Origin: the human T2T-CHM13v2.0 reference genome, Homo sapiens
Strand: one strand, 5' to 3'
Assembly: GCF_009914755.1 (NCBI RefSeq)
Contig: NC_060934.1
Length of the DNA: 64,000 nucleotides
The notes beneath the pieces are model-generated. The model worked only from the letters and a program-made list of their open reading frames with translations. It made no database searches and was not told the origin of the DNA. Shown piece by piece: positions 51,577 through 64,000 of this stretch (positions are counted from its first letter, which is position 1; each line of letters opens with the position of its first letter). Made by a program: the position numbers and the translations under genes.

Positions 51577-52739
51577 TTTGCCTAGAGTTAGCTTGTGGGC
51601 GTACCAAAACTGTGATTGAGACAAGTGCACAGTGTTAGAAAGAGGCGCAAACAAAAGAAGTAAAAAAAGTAATGGGCAGGCCATGTGGAGATTAAAACAA
51701 GTGTCAGATTCTGACTTAAAGCCTGCCACCAGATGCAGCTGTACAACTCAAGTACATCAACTCACCTGCCAACAGATGCAGCTTAATTGTCACTTGCCAT
51801 TTGCTGATAGGGTTTTGACATCAGTCTGCAAGAAATTGGTTTATTATGGTCTCTGTGCAGTCAAACTTCTCTGCTAATGTTAATCTGTATTTGTAGCCAC
51901 TCTCCAGCACTAGCACCACTGCCTCAGCTCCACCTCAGATCATCAAGCATTAGATTCTCATAAGGAGTACACAACCTAGATCCCTCACATGAGCAGTTCA
52001 CAATAGGGTTTGTGCTCCTATGATAATCTATTGCTGCTGCTGATCTGACAGGAGGTGGAGCTCAGGCAGTAACGCCAAGTGATGGGGAGTGGCTGTAAAT
52101 AAAGATGAAGCTTCGCTCGCTCACCCTGCCACTTAGCTCCTGCTATGCAGCCTGATTCCTAACAGGCCATGGACTGGTCCTGGTCTGTGGCCTGGAGGTT
52201 GGGGACCCGTGTGCTAAACAATGGTCTTTACCATGAAAGCACTTATAATACCATGATAGTAGCTTGAACAACATGATGTCAAATGAGTCTTCCATCTCTA
52301 AAATGAAAATTAATTGAAATCTGTTCATCTATATTCCAAAATAGCCAAGCTTAGATCCTGGAGCTCTAGCAACAGGGACATTGGAGACATTGTTAGCTTC
52401 TATGGGATGTGCCTAATAGAGTCTATCCTATTTAATAGCAAGAAAGGCATGCTCCATTCTTCTGCAATCATTTCACATTACCTACACATACACACAAAAT
52501 GTCTTAGTTTATTCTTCAGAACTTTTCCCAGTATATTCTAACATAACATCCTAAATTTTATCCATCCATTTCCCAAATCAAACCCCATGCCCCAATCATA
52601 CTGGTCTATTAACTGTCTCTATAATTGATCATGCATATTCCCACCTCCACTTTTTTCTCATACCATTTCCCTAATGTGAAGTGACCTAACTAGCCTTCAT
52701 CTATCAAATGGCTACCCATTTTTTAAAAATGTCTACTTC

Positions 52740-53290
52740 ATCCATTCATCAAGTGTTATAACACATAGGCTCTAAGAATATAACACAGAACAAAGTTCCT
52801 TACATTCAAAGAAGAAGTTACAGACAATAAATTGCTAAACAAGCATAAAATGTGAAGAGAAATAAAGGAGTTAGAAAGTGCTGAGGTCAGAGTGGGGACT
52901 GGTATTTTATTTAGACGGCCAGGAAAAAGCCTCTCTGATATATGAACAGATGCCTGAAGGAAATGAGAAACCACACAGGCATCTGAGGGAAGAAATTTTC
53001 AAGCAGGAGAACAGCTAATGCAAAGGCCCTTACACTAGAGCATGCTCTGTATTTTAAGGAAGAGTAAAGAGGCCAATGAATATAACAAATAAGAGAGTAG
53101 GAGAAGAAAGGTCAGAGAGTGGGCAGACAGTGGGGAGTAAAGTGGGTGGTAGATGGCAGACTTTATAGCCTTGTAAGTCACTGCAAGATGGTAGCTTTCA
53201 TCTGAGGGACATGAGAAGCCACTAACAGGTTTTGAGCAGCAGAGTCACATGGTTCAACTTAGGTTTAAAAGGATCCATGTATATATGTCA
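52740..53290 (-). mobile_element. L2 3' region
   Basis: ggccaggaaaaagcctctctga...gagaacagctaatgcaaaggccct...ggttttgagcag. Confidence 0.7.
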
Positions 53291-55755
53291 ATGAAAGTAA
53301 AGGATAAAGGAGGGAAATTAAGTGCTGTAGGTTTTGAAGAGAGAAGAGAAAGTGAAGAGAATAGGAGAATGCGTGGTGGACAAAAAAAAACAGTAAGATT
53401 GGTGGGCATCACCAACACCTATTTTGGGTTAATGATCATGAAAGTAAAGTAAACCCAGTTAGCAAAGTCATGCTCCACCAACATAAAACTGGCTAGGAGC
53501 AGGTCTGAAGCAGGCTTCTCCCAGGTGGCTCCACTGTCTCCAAAACCCTCCCTGACCATTCTAGGTTTCAATCACCATTTTCATTTTATCAGTTCCACAT
53601 ACCTTTCTCTAAAGCCATATAGCACCAATGCCTTTCCACTCATGTAGAAATGAATCAATTGCATATTTTTCTTATCTTGTCTTTCCAATCAAATTTTAAT
53701 TTCCTTAAGGATAGAGACAAAATGTGACTATATATTCACAAAAACAGGATAAACTCATATGTAAGGCAACTTTTAAAAAGAAATGTTAAAAATGACAAAA
53801 ATATATTTCACTGGATAAAATACTTTATTGTTCCCCTGGGCTTTAAGAAACTAGAATAGCCCCTTTTCCCTTTAGCTTTCTGCCTTCTTTAGGACTTGTC
53901 CTATAATTTAAATAGTTGTTTTTTTTCATAGTAACTGATTTGGGTTTTTAATAGAATTTCTTAGTAATAATTCTCTAAAAGGACCAAAATAAGACATTTT
54001 AAAATAGAAAATGTTAATTTTTTCCAGAACACAGGCATGTGATTATGTTGCTGCTAATCATTTACTGGGGAGATCAACAGGGAAGCTGAGGCCATGAGGG
54101 TTTGATTTCCAAGGCACAGCTCAGCCTCTGTGTTGAATCATTGAAGCACAGTAGGATTTAATTCAATTCTACAGGTTTTCATTGAGTACCTACTATGTAC
54201 AAGGCATTGGGCTAGATCTGTCAAGAAAAGCACAAAGAAAAGTCTTGCAGTCAAGGATCTTATTATGCAAGAAATTATATACAAAAAATAGCAGAATGAT
54301 GCCTATAAAGGAGGCACAAAGTACTTAAAGAAAGAAATAACATCTTTCTTCCCTACAAGTATTCTCAATGGTAGCCATGTGTACAGTAAGTTAAAATGTG
54401 ATGCAGGAATCAAAACACCTTCATACTGTACTGGCCAGAAGCACAGGGTTTGAAGTTAGACAGCACTGGGTTCCAATCCTGGCTATAATTCTTTGCAGCT
54501 GTTTGACCTTGGACAAATTATTTCACTTCTTTGAGTCCCAGTTCACAATGGGGATAATAGTTATGGGAATTTCTACAGTTAACCAATATCCAGTTTCTAG
54601 TTCTGAGTACATAGAAGAATTGTATTTTCTTGTCCCTTCTTTGATTTCTTTGATCGCTATGATTTCTCATATATTAAGTTAGCGCCATGGTCCCTCCATC
54701 CAGTCATTCATCAGTAAAAATTTAGGCTGTAAAATTCCTAAATACTGTGATCAGTGCTAAAATAGAGTAAATTACAAGGAACATAGAGCAGGGAGTAACT
54801 ATTTGCCTGGAAATGCTGGGTAAGCTTTCACATAAGAGATGCCTTTTGGCTAGGCCTTAAAAAATGAAGAGGGCTACGGCATCTGAGCCAGAGAGAACTG
54901 CATGTATAACAACATAAACATACAATTTCATATTCTGGAAAAGACAAATTGCTCAGACATATACAACGTTCTAAAGTATCACAATGATTTGTTAAAATTG
55001 AATATGGTTGTCCTCTTGGACATCAACTTCAAAGTTTAGGCATGTCCCTGTCACAGCCTAGTTTCCCTTGACTGCCATAATAGTATATAGTTCCACTAAC
55101 TCATGGAACTGCCATTCATTAAACCTTTGAAACTTTACTTTGAATATATTTTTATTTTTACTCTTCACTACCTCTTCAGTTAATACATTCCAGAAATTAT
55201 GTAAAAGAGTTATTTCCTTTTAGTTAAGCTTCCATTTATTAAGGAAGCTTCAGTGTTGGTCCTCTAATGCTATAGTACTGAGATCCAGCAACTAAGACTA
55301 TGCTCATGTTGTCCATACTCTGGATACTTTAATGGATTGGTTACATTCCCTTTCAGCTTCATGCATCACTTCCAATCTGTATAAATTTTTTCCTGAACAG
55401 CATCTCTAACACCATCACACTTCCTCCTCACTCTATATTAGTTGACCTTTCTGATTTCATAATTTTGAAGTATAGTGACCCAAAAATTATACATGGTGTC
55501 CTAGATAGAAGGGCACCAGTTTTACATAAGGATAAAACAGAGTTTTCCAGAGATTATCAACATACTTCTTTTGCCACAATGATGACATCCAGAACAGTAT
55601 TCCATAGCTCTTGGTTTCCATGTTGGTAGCCACACTGAAGTTCACTATTATATTTCTTTCTGCCAGAATAGCACAGAAATTAAGCATGAAGGCTTTGAAG
55701 TCAGACTGCCTGTATTTAAACTCTTAATTCACCATTTTCTTGCCATCACCTTGAA

Positions 55756-56876
55756 CTCAGCCTGAGGGTGGGGAAAATCCCAGTGTTAAACTCTGGAAAT
55801 GATACCAGCTGTGGGCTTATAACCACAGAAGGTGCACCTCCTTTCAGTTAAGCAGCATGGAGAAGAAGCTGTGGGGACTGTAATCTGCCCAGGTCTCAGT
55901 TTCACAGCAGCCCATAGGAGGGCAGTGGGTATTGTCCTAGGTATATATAGGAGAGCCTAGCTTCCATGTCCCTCCTCAACCAGACAGCAGCTGCAGCTAC
56001 ATCAAGTCAAATTCAGCCTAAGGGCAGGGCACAGCCCAGCATTAAACTCTCAAAATGGCTCCTTGGGCCTGCAACCAGGGAGAATGGGACCCTTCCCAAA
56101 CAGGCATCATAGGCAAGTAGCTATGTGGCATGTGGTCTGCTTATGTTTCAGTCTCACAGCAGCCCACTGCAGAGCAGTGCATCTTGTCCTAGATATGCAT
56201 AGTAAAGCCCGGTTTTCCTGTCTCTCCTTGGCCAGACAGTGGCTATAGCCATGTCAGCCCAAACTCAGACCAAGAGTGAGGCACAGCTCAGTATTGAATT
56301 CTCAGGTCCCTTGGTGATGGGACCAGAGACGGTGGGTTCCCTCCCAAGCAAGCAGCATGGACAAGAGGCTGTAGGAATTGTGGTCCACTCACATCTTAGT
56401 CTCAAAGCAACCTGTTGTAGGGTAGTGGGTATTGTCCTAGATATGCATAGGATAACCTGGTTTCCCTGTCCCTCCTTGGCAGAGTGGTGGCTATAGCCAC
56501 ATCAGCCCAAAGTCAAGCCAAGGGTAGGGTGCAGCCCAGCATTAAACTCTCAAAACAGCACCTTTGGGCCAAGACCTTAGTGGGTCTATGGTTTCTCATG
56601 TAGCCAAGATTGCAAAAGCCCATTTTTGATTCCTGGGGGTTTCTCTATCACTGTTTCCCCATGTCCAGGAGCTTTTCCCAACTCTCAGTCTGTTCCTGGC
56701 TGAGGAAGGTGCTTCGAACCCTCTCCTTACTTGCTTCTGGTGCTTCCCATCTCTTCTCTGGTGAATCCTAGCATTCTCTCCTAAATGATCTGTTCAAAAT
56801 ATATCTGCTGACTATTCTGGCTCCTCTACATGGAGAAGGTACATATTACCTGCATCTAGTCAGCCATCTTGTCTCC
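55756..56876 (-). mobile_element. 5' UTR of an old L1 (L1PB/L1M-type) with about 250-bp monomer repeats, inserted in a MIR
   Basis: Reverse complement begins caagatggctgactagatgcag (L1 start / YY1-type motif). Motif ttgtcctag recurs at 55932, 56184 and 56432. Confidence 0.65.
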
Positions 56877-57254
56877 CAAAATTGTATTTACCATCTTTAA
56901 GCCTTGGTTTCCTTACCTTTAAATGTAGATAATAATAATTCTACCTTATGAGTTTGATGATGCCTATAAACAATAAGCAACGGGTCTGCTACACATAGTA
57001 AGCACACAACAAGTATTACCAATTACTATTTTTATTATTGCTGTAATATTAGGCCCATTCCTGATGTATCCCCCTTCAGGTTTGTTTTTTCAGTGTCCAG
57101 AAAAACTTAGTTCAACCTACCTCTTTGAAAAAGTCACCATTTATTCTCCTCTCCGGATAAATTTTTAAAATATTAAACCTGAGTTCTCTTTCTGCTCCAT
57201 AGGAACCCTATTATACTTCCCCCTTAAGATAAATATTCTATTCACTTCTACTTA

Positions 57255-58635
57255 TCAAAAAACACCATTGAGAAAATAAATGGACAAGTAATAGGCTAAG
57301 GAAAAAAATACAACACTTATATCTGACAAAATTATATCCAGAACAAATAAGAAATTCTTAAAAATCAGTAAATAAAAAGCCAATAATCAACCCCCTCAAA
57401 AAAGAATCAAAAGAAAACCAGGCAAGACACTTGGACAGACACTTTACAAAAGAAAAATCTATAAATGGACAATGAGTACATGAAAAGGTGATCATGATTA
57501 GTCAGCAGGAAAGCACACATTAAAAGCATACTGAAATTAAATGCAATGTGGTATCCTGGACTGGATCCTAGAACCAAAAAAAGACATTGGTAAAAACTAA
57601 GGAAACTCAAATAAAATCTACAGATTAGTTAACGATATTATAACAATGATAATTTGTTTTGACAAATTAAATGCAATGTCATATCTTGGATTGGATCCTA
57701 AAACCAAAAAAAGAGATTGGTAAAAACTAAGGAAACTTAAATAAAATCTACAGATTGGTTAATGATATTATAACAATTATAATTTATTTTGACCAACCTA
57801 TCAATGTATTAGTTTTCATTAATATAAAATGTTAATATTATGAAAAGTTGAGTGAAGGTTTATGGGAACTTGCAACTCTTCTGCAAATCCAAAATTGTTT
57901 GAAAATTAAAAGTTAAAATAACAAGATAACACTAAGCGCCCATTAGAATCAGTAAAAAAATTAATGTTGGTGGGGATATGGAGCAACCAGAACTTTCATA
58001 TATTGTTGGTAAGAGTGTGAAATGGTAGAACCACTTTGGAAAATAGTTTGGCAGTTTCTTAAAACATTAAACATATCTCTAGCTACCCTATGACTCAGAA
58101 ATTCTGCTCCTAGATATTTTTATGAGAAAAACGAAAATCTATGTCTATAAAAAGTCTTAGGTGTGTCCATAGAAGCTTTACTCATGATAACCAAATACTT
58201 TACAGTCAGTAAATTCAGATATCCATCAACAATTCAGACATTCACCAAAAGGTTAACGGATAAACTGCGGTATATTCATTTAATGGAACAGTACTCAGCA
58301 ACAAAAAAAGGGATGAAGCATTTATATAAACAACATCATGAGTGAATATCAAAAACATTATGCCAAGTGAAAGAAGCCAGACACAAAAAAGTACATGCTA
58401 CATGATTCTATATATATGAAGCTCTACAATAGTCTAACATAATCTATAGTGATAGAAATCAGATGAGTGGTTGCTTAGAATTGGGACTAAGTAAGTGCTG
58501 ACTGGGAAGGAGCATAAGGAAACTCTCTGGGAATGATGAAAACGTACTGGGTGCTGATAGTGTTGGGGTAACACAAGAGTAGGCATTTGTGAAAACTGAT
58601 CACTTAGGACCTTTACACTTCACTGTGTGTAAGTT
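57255..58635 (+). mobile_element. L1ME-type 3' region with a nested L1MC/ME 3' fragment
   Basis: ORF2-end and 3' UTR motifs (aaccactttggaaaatagtttggcagtttc, aagtgaaagaagccagacacaaaa, tatctcaataaa). Confidence 0.75.
57534..57793. repeat. 130-bp tandem duplication
   Basis: aaattaaatgcaatgt...ttttgac occurs twice, at 57534-57663 and 57664-57793. Confidence 0.9.
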
Positions 58636-58667
58636 ATATCTCAATAAAAAAATTTTTAATAATTTAA

Positions 58668-59035
<368 letters not shown>

Positions 59036-60774
59036 AAAACAGACCTTTCTACTCCACACTCAATGCAATGACTACATCTTAGAGGCCTTTGATTAGAAGG
59101 CTTGTTATAGATTTTGAAAGTCTAACTGGATTATATACATTTATTCCGTTCAAAATAGCAACTTATCGTAAACAGGAGACTGAAGGGACTGCAATATTTC
59201 CAGCATTTGTATTTTATACTTTGGCACAATTTCACACACAATTTAAGAATATACAAATAGCCCTCTTATCTGAAGGAATCCTAAGTGTTTTACAAACCTT
59301 CAAAACAGATTTTTAAACTATCTAATATTTTATAGGAAGAACATTTCATGCGCACTAAAGTGCAGCCACATCTGGCCTGCAACATGGCAGCTGTTTAACA
59401 GCCATGACACCTCACAAAAATTTAGGACAGGAAGTAAAGAATTCTACAGCCAACCAAAGTGAAGACGAGGAAGGTTGCAGAAGCAGAAAGCTACAATGGC
59501 TTGGGCTGGAGCATGACCAGCACGATGTGGTTAACACATCTGTCGTAATGAAAAGCACAAGTGTCATTAGTGGTCAGAGCCTCATCTCACAGAAGGTATG
59601 TCCCACAGCACAGTGACCTTTTCCTTCCATTGGTGGCATTTCTAATACAACAGGAAAAATGCTCCCACTAGCCATGCCCAAAACATTCCTTCCTGAAGTC
59701 TCCATTCCAGGTACTACACTACATACAAGTTTAGCTGTGCTGAAATTTGAAAAGGTCTTTATCTTCATGTCAGAAGCTCAAGCCAACACTTAGTTGGATA
59801 TATTTCATCACAGGCAAATAGAAAAGAGAAAGTTGTGATTTGGGTTAAGGGACTACAGTCAAATACATTATCATGAAAATATTCTCCTTTTCATTTTCTT
59901 TTCAAATACTTTTCATTTTGTTTTGCCAAATTAAAGAAGAAAATTTTCAGTGGTTTTTCCTGTGATAGTCTTAAAGTATCTTCCTGATGAAAGCTCAACT
60001 AGTTTCATTAATCCTAGAAGAGAATTCTAGATGTAGAAGAGATTAAGAAGACCACGGATTTCTTCATGTGATTTTGGCTGGTAGTATCTGCCTAAGAAGG
60101 CTTCTTGTAAGAAGGGCATCGACATGCCTGTAAATAATCATCACACCTTGGCTTTAGCTCCCTGGAAACGTAGGTTCTCCTTCATTTAGTTCCAAACTTT
60201 TCTGGATGCTAGACCTCAAATCATTTTTTCCAAACACAGGAAGTGAACCAGATCACTCAGTCCTCCAGCAACTCCTCCATCACTCTCAGGATTACATAAG
60301 AATTTGTATCTTGAATTTCCATGCCTCCCCCTTTATACTCATGTATTCACTATTTAAAAAGCCAGGTAAAGAAAACCCAGTACCCAGAGTTCTGTACTAA
60401 AATAAAAGGTCTACCCATGCAAAAGGTATACTCTACTCTTTCACAAGGCATATGAGGCTGTAGAGACACCTCCTGGATCCCAAAGCATACTAATGAGACT
60501 CCAACCTTATCAAAGGACATGTTATTATTCCCCTTCAATTCTGCCCGAAGGGCAAGCCAAGTTAGAGATGGAATTCCATATAAGGCTGGAATTACATTTA
60601 TCTATTATTGCTTGGATCCAAGTATATGGGTTTGTATGTAAGAGGAGAGGGGTTTCTTAGAATGACTGAGGTTTATAGAAAAGGAGAGAAATTATTGCAC
60701 TAAAACACTAATGCCATCAAATGAAATAATGTCTCAGTTACTGGCCCAAAGCACACTGCTAAGTGGTATAGACT

Positions 60775-60776
<2 letters not shown>

Positions 60777-60816
<40 letters not shown>

Positions 60817-60826
60817 ATGTGTGTGT
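60777..60826. repeat. (TG)n microsatellite
   Basis: Visible TG run. Confidence 0.95.
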
Positions 60827-60949
60827 AAAGAGAGAAAAAGAGAGATCAGAAGGAGCTAACTCATCATAATGGGCAATAAATATATGGAGGAAATATGAGT
60901 TTTGCAAACAATGCTATTGCAATTTGATTTTGGAAACTCAGATGCAACA

Positions 60950-62360
60950 AACATTTGTGGGCAATTTCCAGGTGCCTGAAGAGCTTACGTGTGCCTATTT
61001 ATTTAATCTTCCCAACATCCTTGTGAAAGTAATTGTATACTCTTATTTTTATAGATGAGGAAACAATGGTTGGCCAGGCAAAAGTGATTTATCCAAAGTC
61101 ATTCATGTGCAGACTAGAAGTAAGTCCTCTGACTTCAAATCTCTTGTTTTTCTTCCCATGCACCATGCTGCTTTTTTATGTTGCCAGTCTGCAATGAAGT
61201 AATCTCATTGGAAGTGAGATGTGAGCTGGGAATTGAAGGATATTCTGTGGAGAGGAACGGGAAAAGCATTTTAGGTAGGCAGACTAGACTCTACCATGAT
61301 TTTCAAGCAGAAAAGCCCAAACAAAAGACCAGTTAAGTGGGCAACGAGGAAGCTTGCTTTAAAGGAAAGATTATATAGAAAAGAAGAGGGAACTAACACT
61401 CCAAAGATAGGCCTGGACAAAATCATGCAAAGATTTTACCATTAAGCTTAACAGTGTTGCCTTATTTTCTTGATAATGGGGAGCCACTATAGTTCTTTGA
61501 ATGACATTTTTGAATTCGCTTTTAAGAAATATCATCTTAAAAGTGAATTTGCAGTATGATAGATGAATTAGTGGAGAAAGAATAGAGAAACCAGTCTGAG
61601 GTGTTTGTTTTAGCAGTGCAAATGTGAAATGGCAAACTAGGACAGAATGGAGAGAAAAATAAAAATAAAAACAATCCTTGGCATGCAGTAGACACTAATT
61701 AGTAAGTGTAACATTTATAAAAAGGCAGAGCAGGGGGAAAAAAAGGCAGTGTGAGGAGAGAATCATTAGAACTTGTTAACTTACTGGCTATGGAAAACAA
61801 GAGAAAGTGTGTATTAACTGTCACTCAAATGTCAGACCCAGACAACCTTGATGATAGTGGGATCATTAACAGAAGTAAGAAATTTAGAAGAATGGAACCA
61901 AATTTAAGAAAGAAAAATAACAGGTTAAGATTATGAAACACTAAATTTGAGACAACTCAAGGTGCCTCATGAAAATGTTTTGTGGACACAATTACCCAAG
62001 AGAAAGATCAGGCTGGAAATTTAGATTTGTCCATCATCTTTACAGTGGTGGAACCAAAGTGGAAACAAAATCACCAAGAAAAATTGCATAGAGTGACAAG
62101 AGATAATGGCTAAGAACAGGGTGCAAGAACAAAACAAAGCATACACTCAGAGGTGCAAAACAGTATCGAATGTTGCATGCAAATCAAAGACACTAAGGCT
62201 GGGAAAAGACTATTTGATTTGACAATTAGGAGGTCATGGTGACCTTCAAGAGCTCGGATTCAGGCAAGTAATTAGGAAAATGCAGATTTCTGAGAGCTAA
62301 GGAGAATGTGAATTGAAAATGGAGGATGTAAGACAGATTACTTATTTGAAAAGATTGGCA
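60950..62360 (-). mobile_element. MIR followed by degenerate L2 sequence
   Basis: ttttatagatgaggaaac (MIR); gatttgacaattaggaggtcatggtgacctt (L2). Confidence 0.5.
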
Positions 62361-63478
62361 GTAGAAGACAAAAAAGGGGGTTTTATATTATATGCTAAGC
62401 TTAATGTCTCTAGGAGAACTTTAACTTTTTCAGTCCATTATTTTAATTTTTATTTTTATAGTAAAATTCTATTTTAAAGCACCACTATGCTACAACCTGA
62501 ATTAAGCTATACCATGGGTCAAATCCTGTCCTGTCCCCTGCGTGCACAGTGTTATATAGGATATTGGTCTCAATACACCAAAGAAAGCATATGAGTAATA
62601 GACTTGTCCACCCCATTCCTATCTGTGTTATTAAATAGCTGAACTGTAATTTGAATTTATAAAACTAATGTTGTCTCTTTGGGATTTTAATATGTTTATT
62701 ATCTGAAATAAACAACCTCATTTCTCTAATCACCCTCTATTGACAACTTTACTAATTTGGTACATTAGAAAATGATGATGATGTTGAAGTGTGAAAACCA
62801 TATTGATATAAGATTTATATTTAAATCCAGATGTTTACACTTATTAAACCACTATGAAGCCTTATGATTTATTTTCTCTCACTATAGGTCACAGCATATA
62901 GCTTAGAGAACACTTAAGAGAAGTAGGCTAATGCACTCATACTTCATTCCTGGAACCTTTGGTTCTAGTTTGACTAAATTTACCAATAAAATAAGCTTGA
63001 TGGACATGTGCAAAACTCTAGTCAACATTATTCACTGTAACGAAATTCTCTACTTATCTGCTTCCATGAGGTAGTCCTAGTGCTACCAACAAGAAATTTC
63101 TCAAGCACATAGCCATTTAAATAACTCAGGCCATGATTACATAAATTACTTTAGTCCAGGTTAGTAAAAAGAATAAAGACAAAATAGATTTTACCTTTAA
63201 ATTTTTTCTTTCACCAAAAAAACTACTGACAGAAAAGATACTTTGTAACTAGTCAAATGCCAGGCAAGGAAACTGTAATGGCCAAAGGACCATAGCCACA
63301 CAAACCCATGAATGTTCAGTAAAGGCTTGTTGACGGTACACACCATTGATGATTATACTTTAGGGTAAAGATAATGTTATGAGTAAAAAATATGACATAA
63401 ATTTGAATCTTAAAATCCTAGAAATTATAATCCATCAAGCTACAGTACATTACTAAAAATCATAGAGAATGTTCTGAT

Positions 63479-63660
63479 CAAGAGTCAGCAAATTTTTTTT
63501 TTCTGTAACAGGTCAGACTGTAATTAGTTTAGGCTTTACAGGCAATATGGTCTCTGTTGCAGTGAATTAACTCTGCCACTGTAGTGCAAAAGTAGCCATA
63601 AAGAATATATAAGATAATAACTGTGGCTGTGTTCCAATAAAACTTTATTTACAAACACAG
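63479..63660 (+). mobile_element. MER58A-like hAT element
   Basis: caagagtcagcaaa...ctctgccactgtagtgcaaaagtagccata...gtgttccaataaaactttatttacaaa. Confidence 0.8.
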
Positions 63661-63664
63661 ATGG

Positions 63665-64000
63665 CAAAAGCAACTACTCATCAACAAAAATCTGCAATGA
63701 GGAGGTACGTCAAAGAGACATGGGAGCCAACTGAAAGAGCTCCACATAGCTAAATCTAGAACAATTTGAACAACAAAATAAAGTAATATTATAACCCAAA
63801 ATATAAAATAAATATCCATATTCACTATTAATAAGCAATTGATCAATAAATGGGGAGAAAAGACAAATATCTCATGCAGAATACAAATAATTGATGTAGA
63901 TATTCCATCCTCATGGAGGTGGAGCATAACTCTCCACTCTTTAAGTGTGGGCTGCACATAGTAGTGACTTCCTTCCAAAAACTACGGTATGGATACCGAG
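63665..64000 (+). mobile_element. L1MC-type 3' UTR fragment
   Basis: gccaactgaaagagctcc...aacaatttgaacaacaaaataaa...gtgactccttccaaa-like motifs. Confidence 0.6.

Noticed and set aside
55756-56570. CRISPR-like array or novel satellite
   Set aside because: Diverged ~250-bp units without a spacer structure; better explained as L1 5' UTR monomers.

Overview
Human (primate) genomic DNA, AT-rich and dominated by interspersed repeats. No host gene could be named. The main elements are: an L1PA3-like LINE-1 cut by the window start (1-4910, +); a young L1HS-type insertion with a 5' inversion and a 17-bp TSD (22308-24541); a near full-length L1PA4/5-like LINE-1 (45292-51280, +) sitting inside a Charlie3/MER1 hAT transposon with a perfect 8-bp TSD; a full-length Tigger2 with a nested Alu; plus other Alus, MaLR/ERV solo LTRs, older L1s, L2 and MIR. 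The most striking observation is a 208-aa minus-strand ORF (45501-44875) in which the L1 antisense ORF0 frame is joined in frame to the C-terminal dimerisation region of the Charlie3 transposase. It lies downstream of the L1 antisense-promoter region and is followed by two AATAAA signals. Other points of interest are apparent gene conversion between the two long L1s, a possible Alu 3' transduction, a 5'-UTR-only old L1, a candidate 174-bp symmetric exon and a 26-bp-stem hairpin. Subfamily names come from recalled consensus features, not from a database search.
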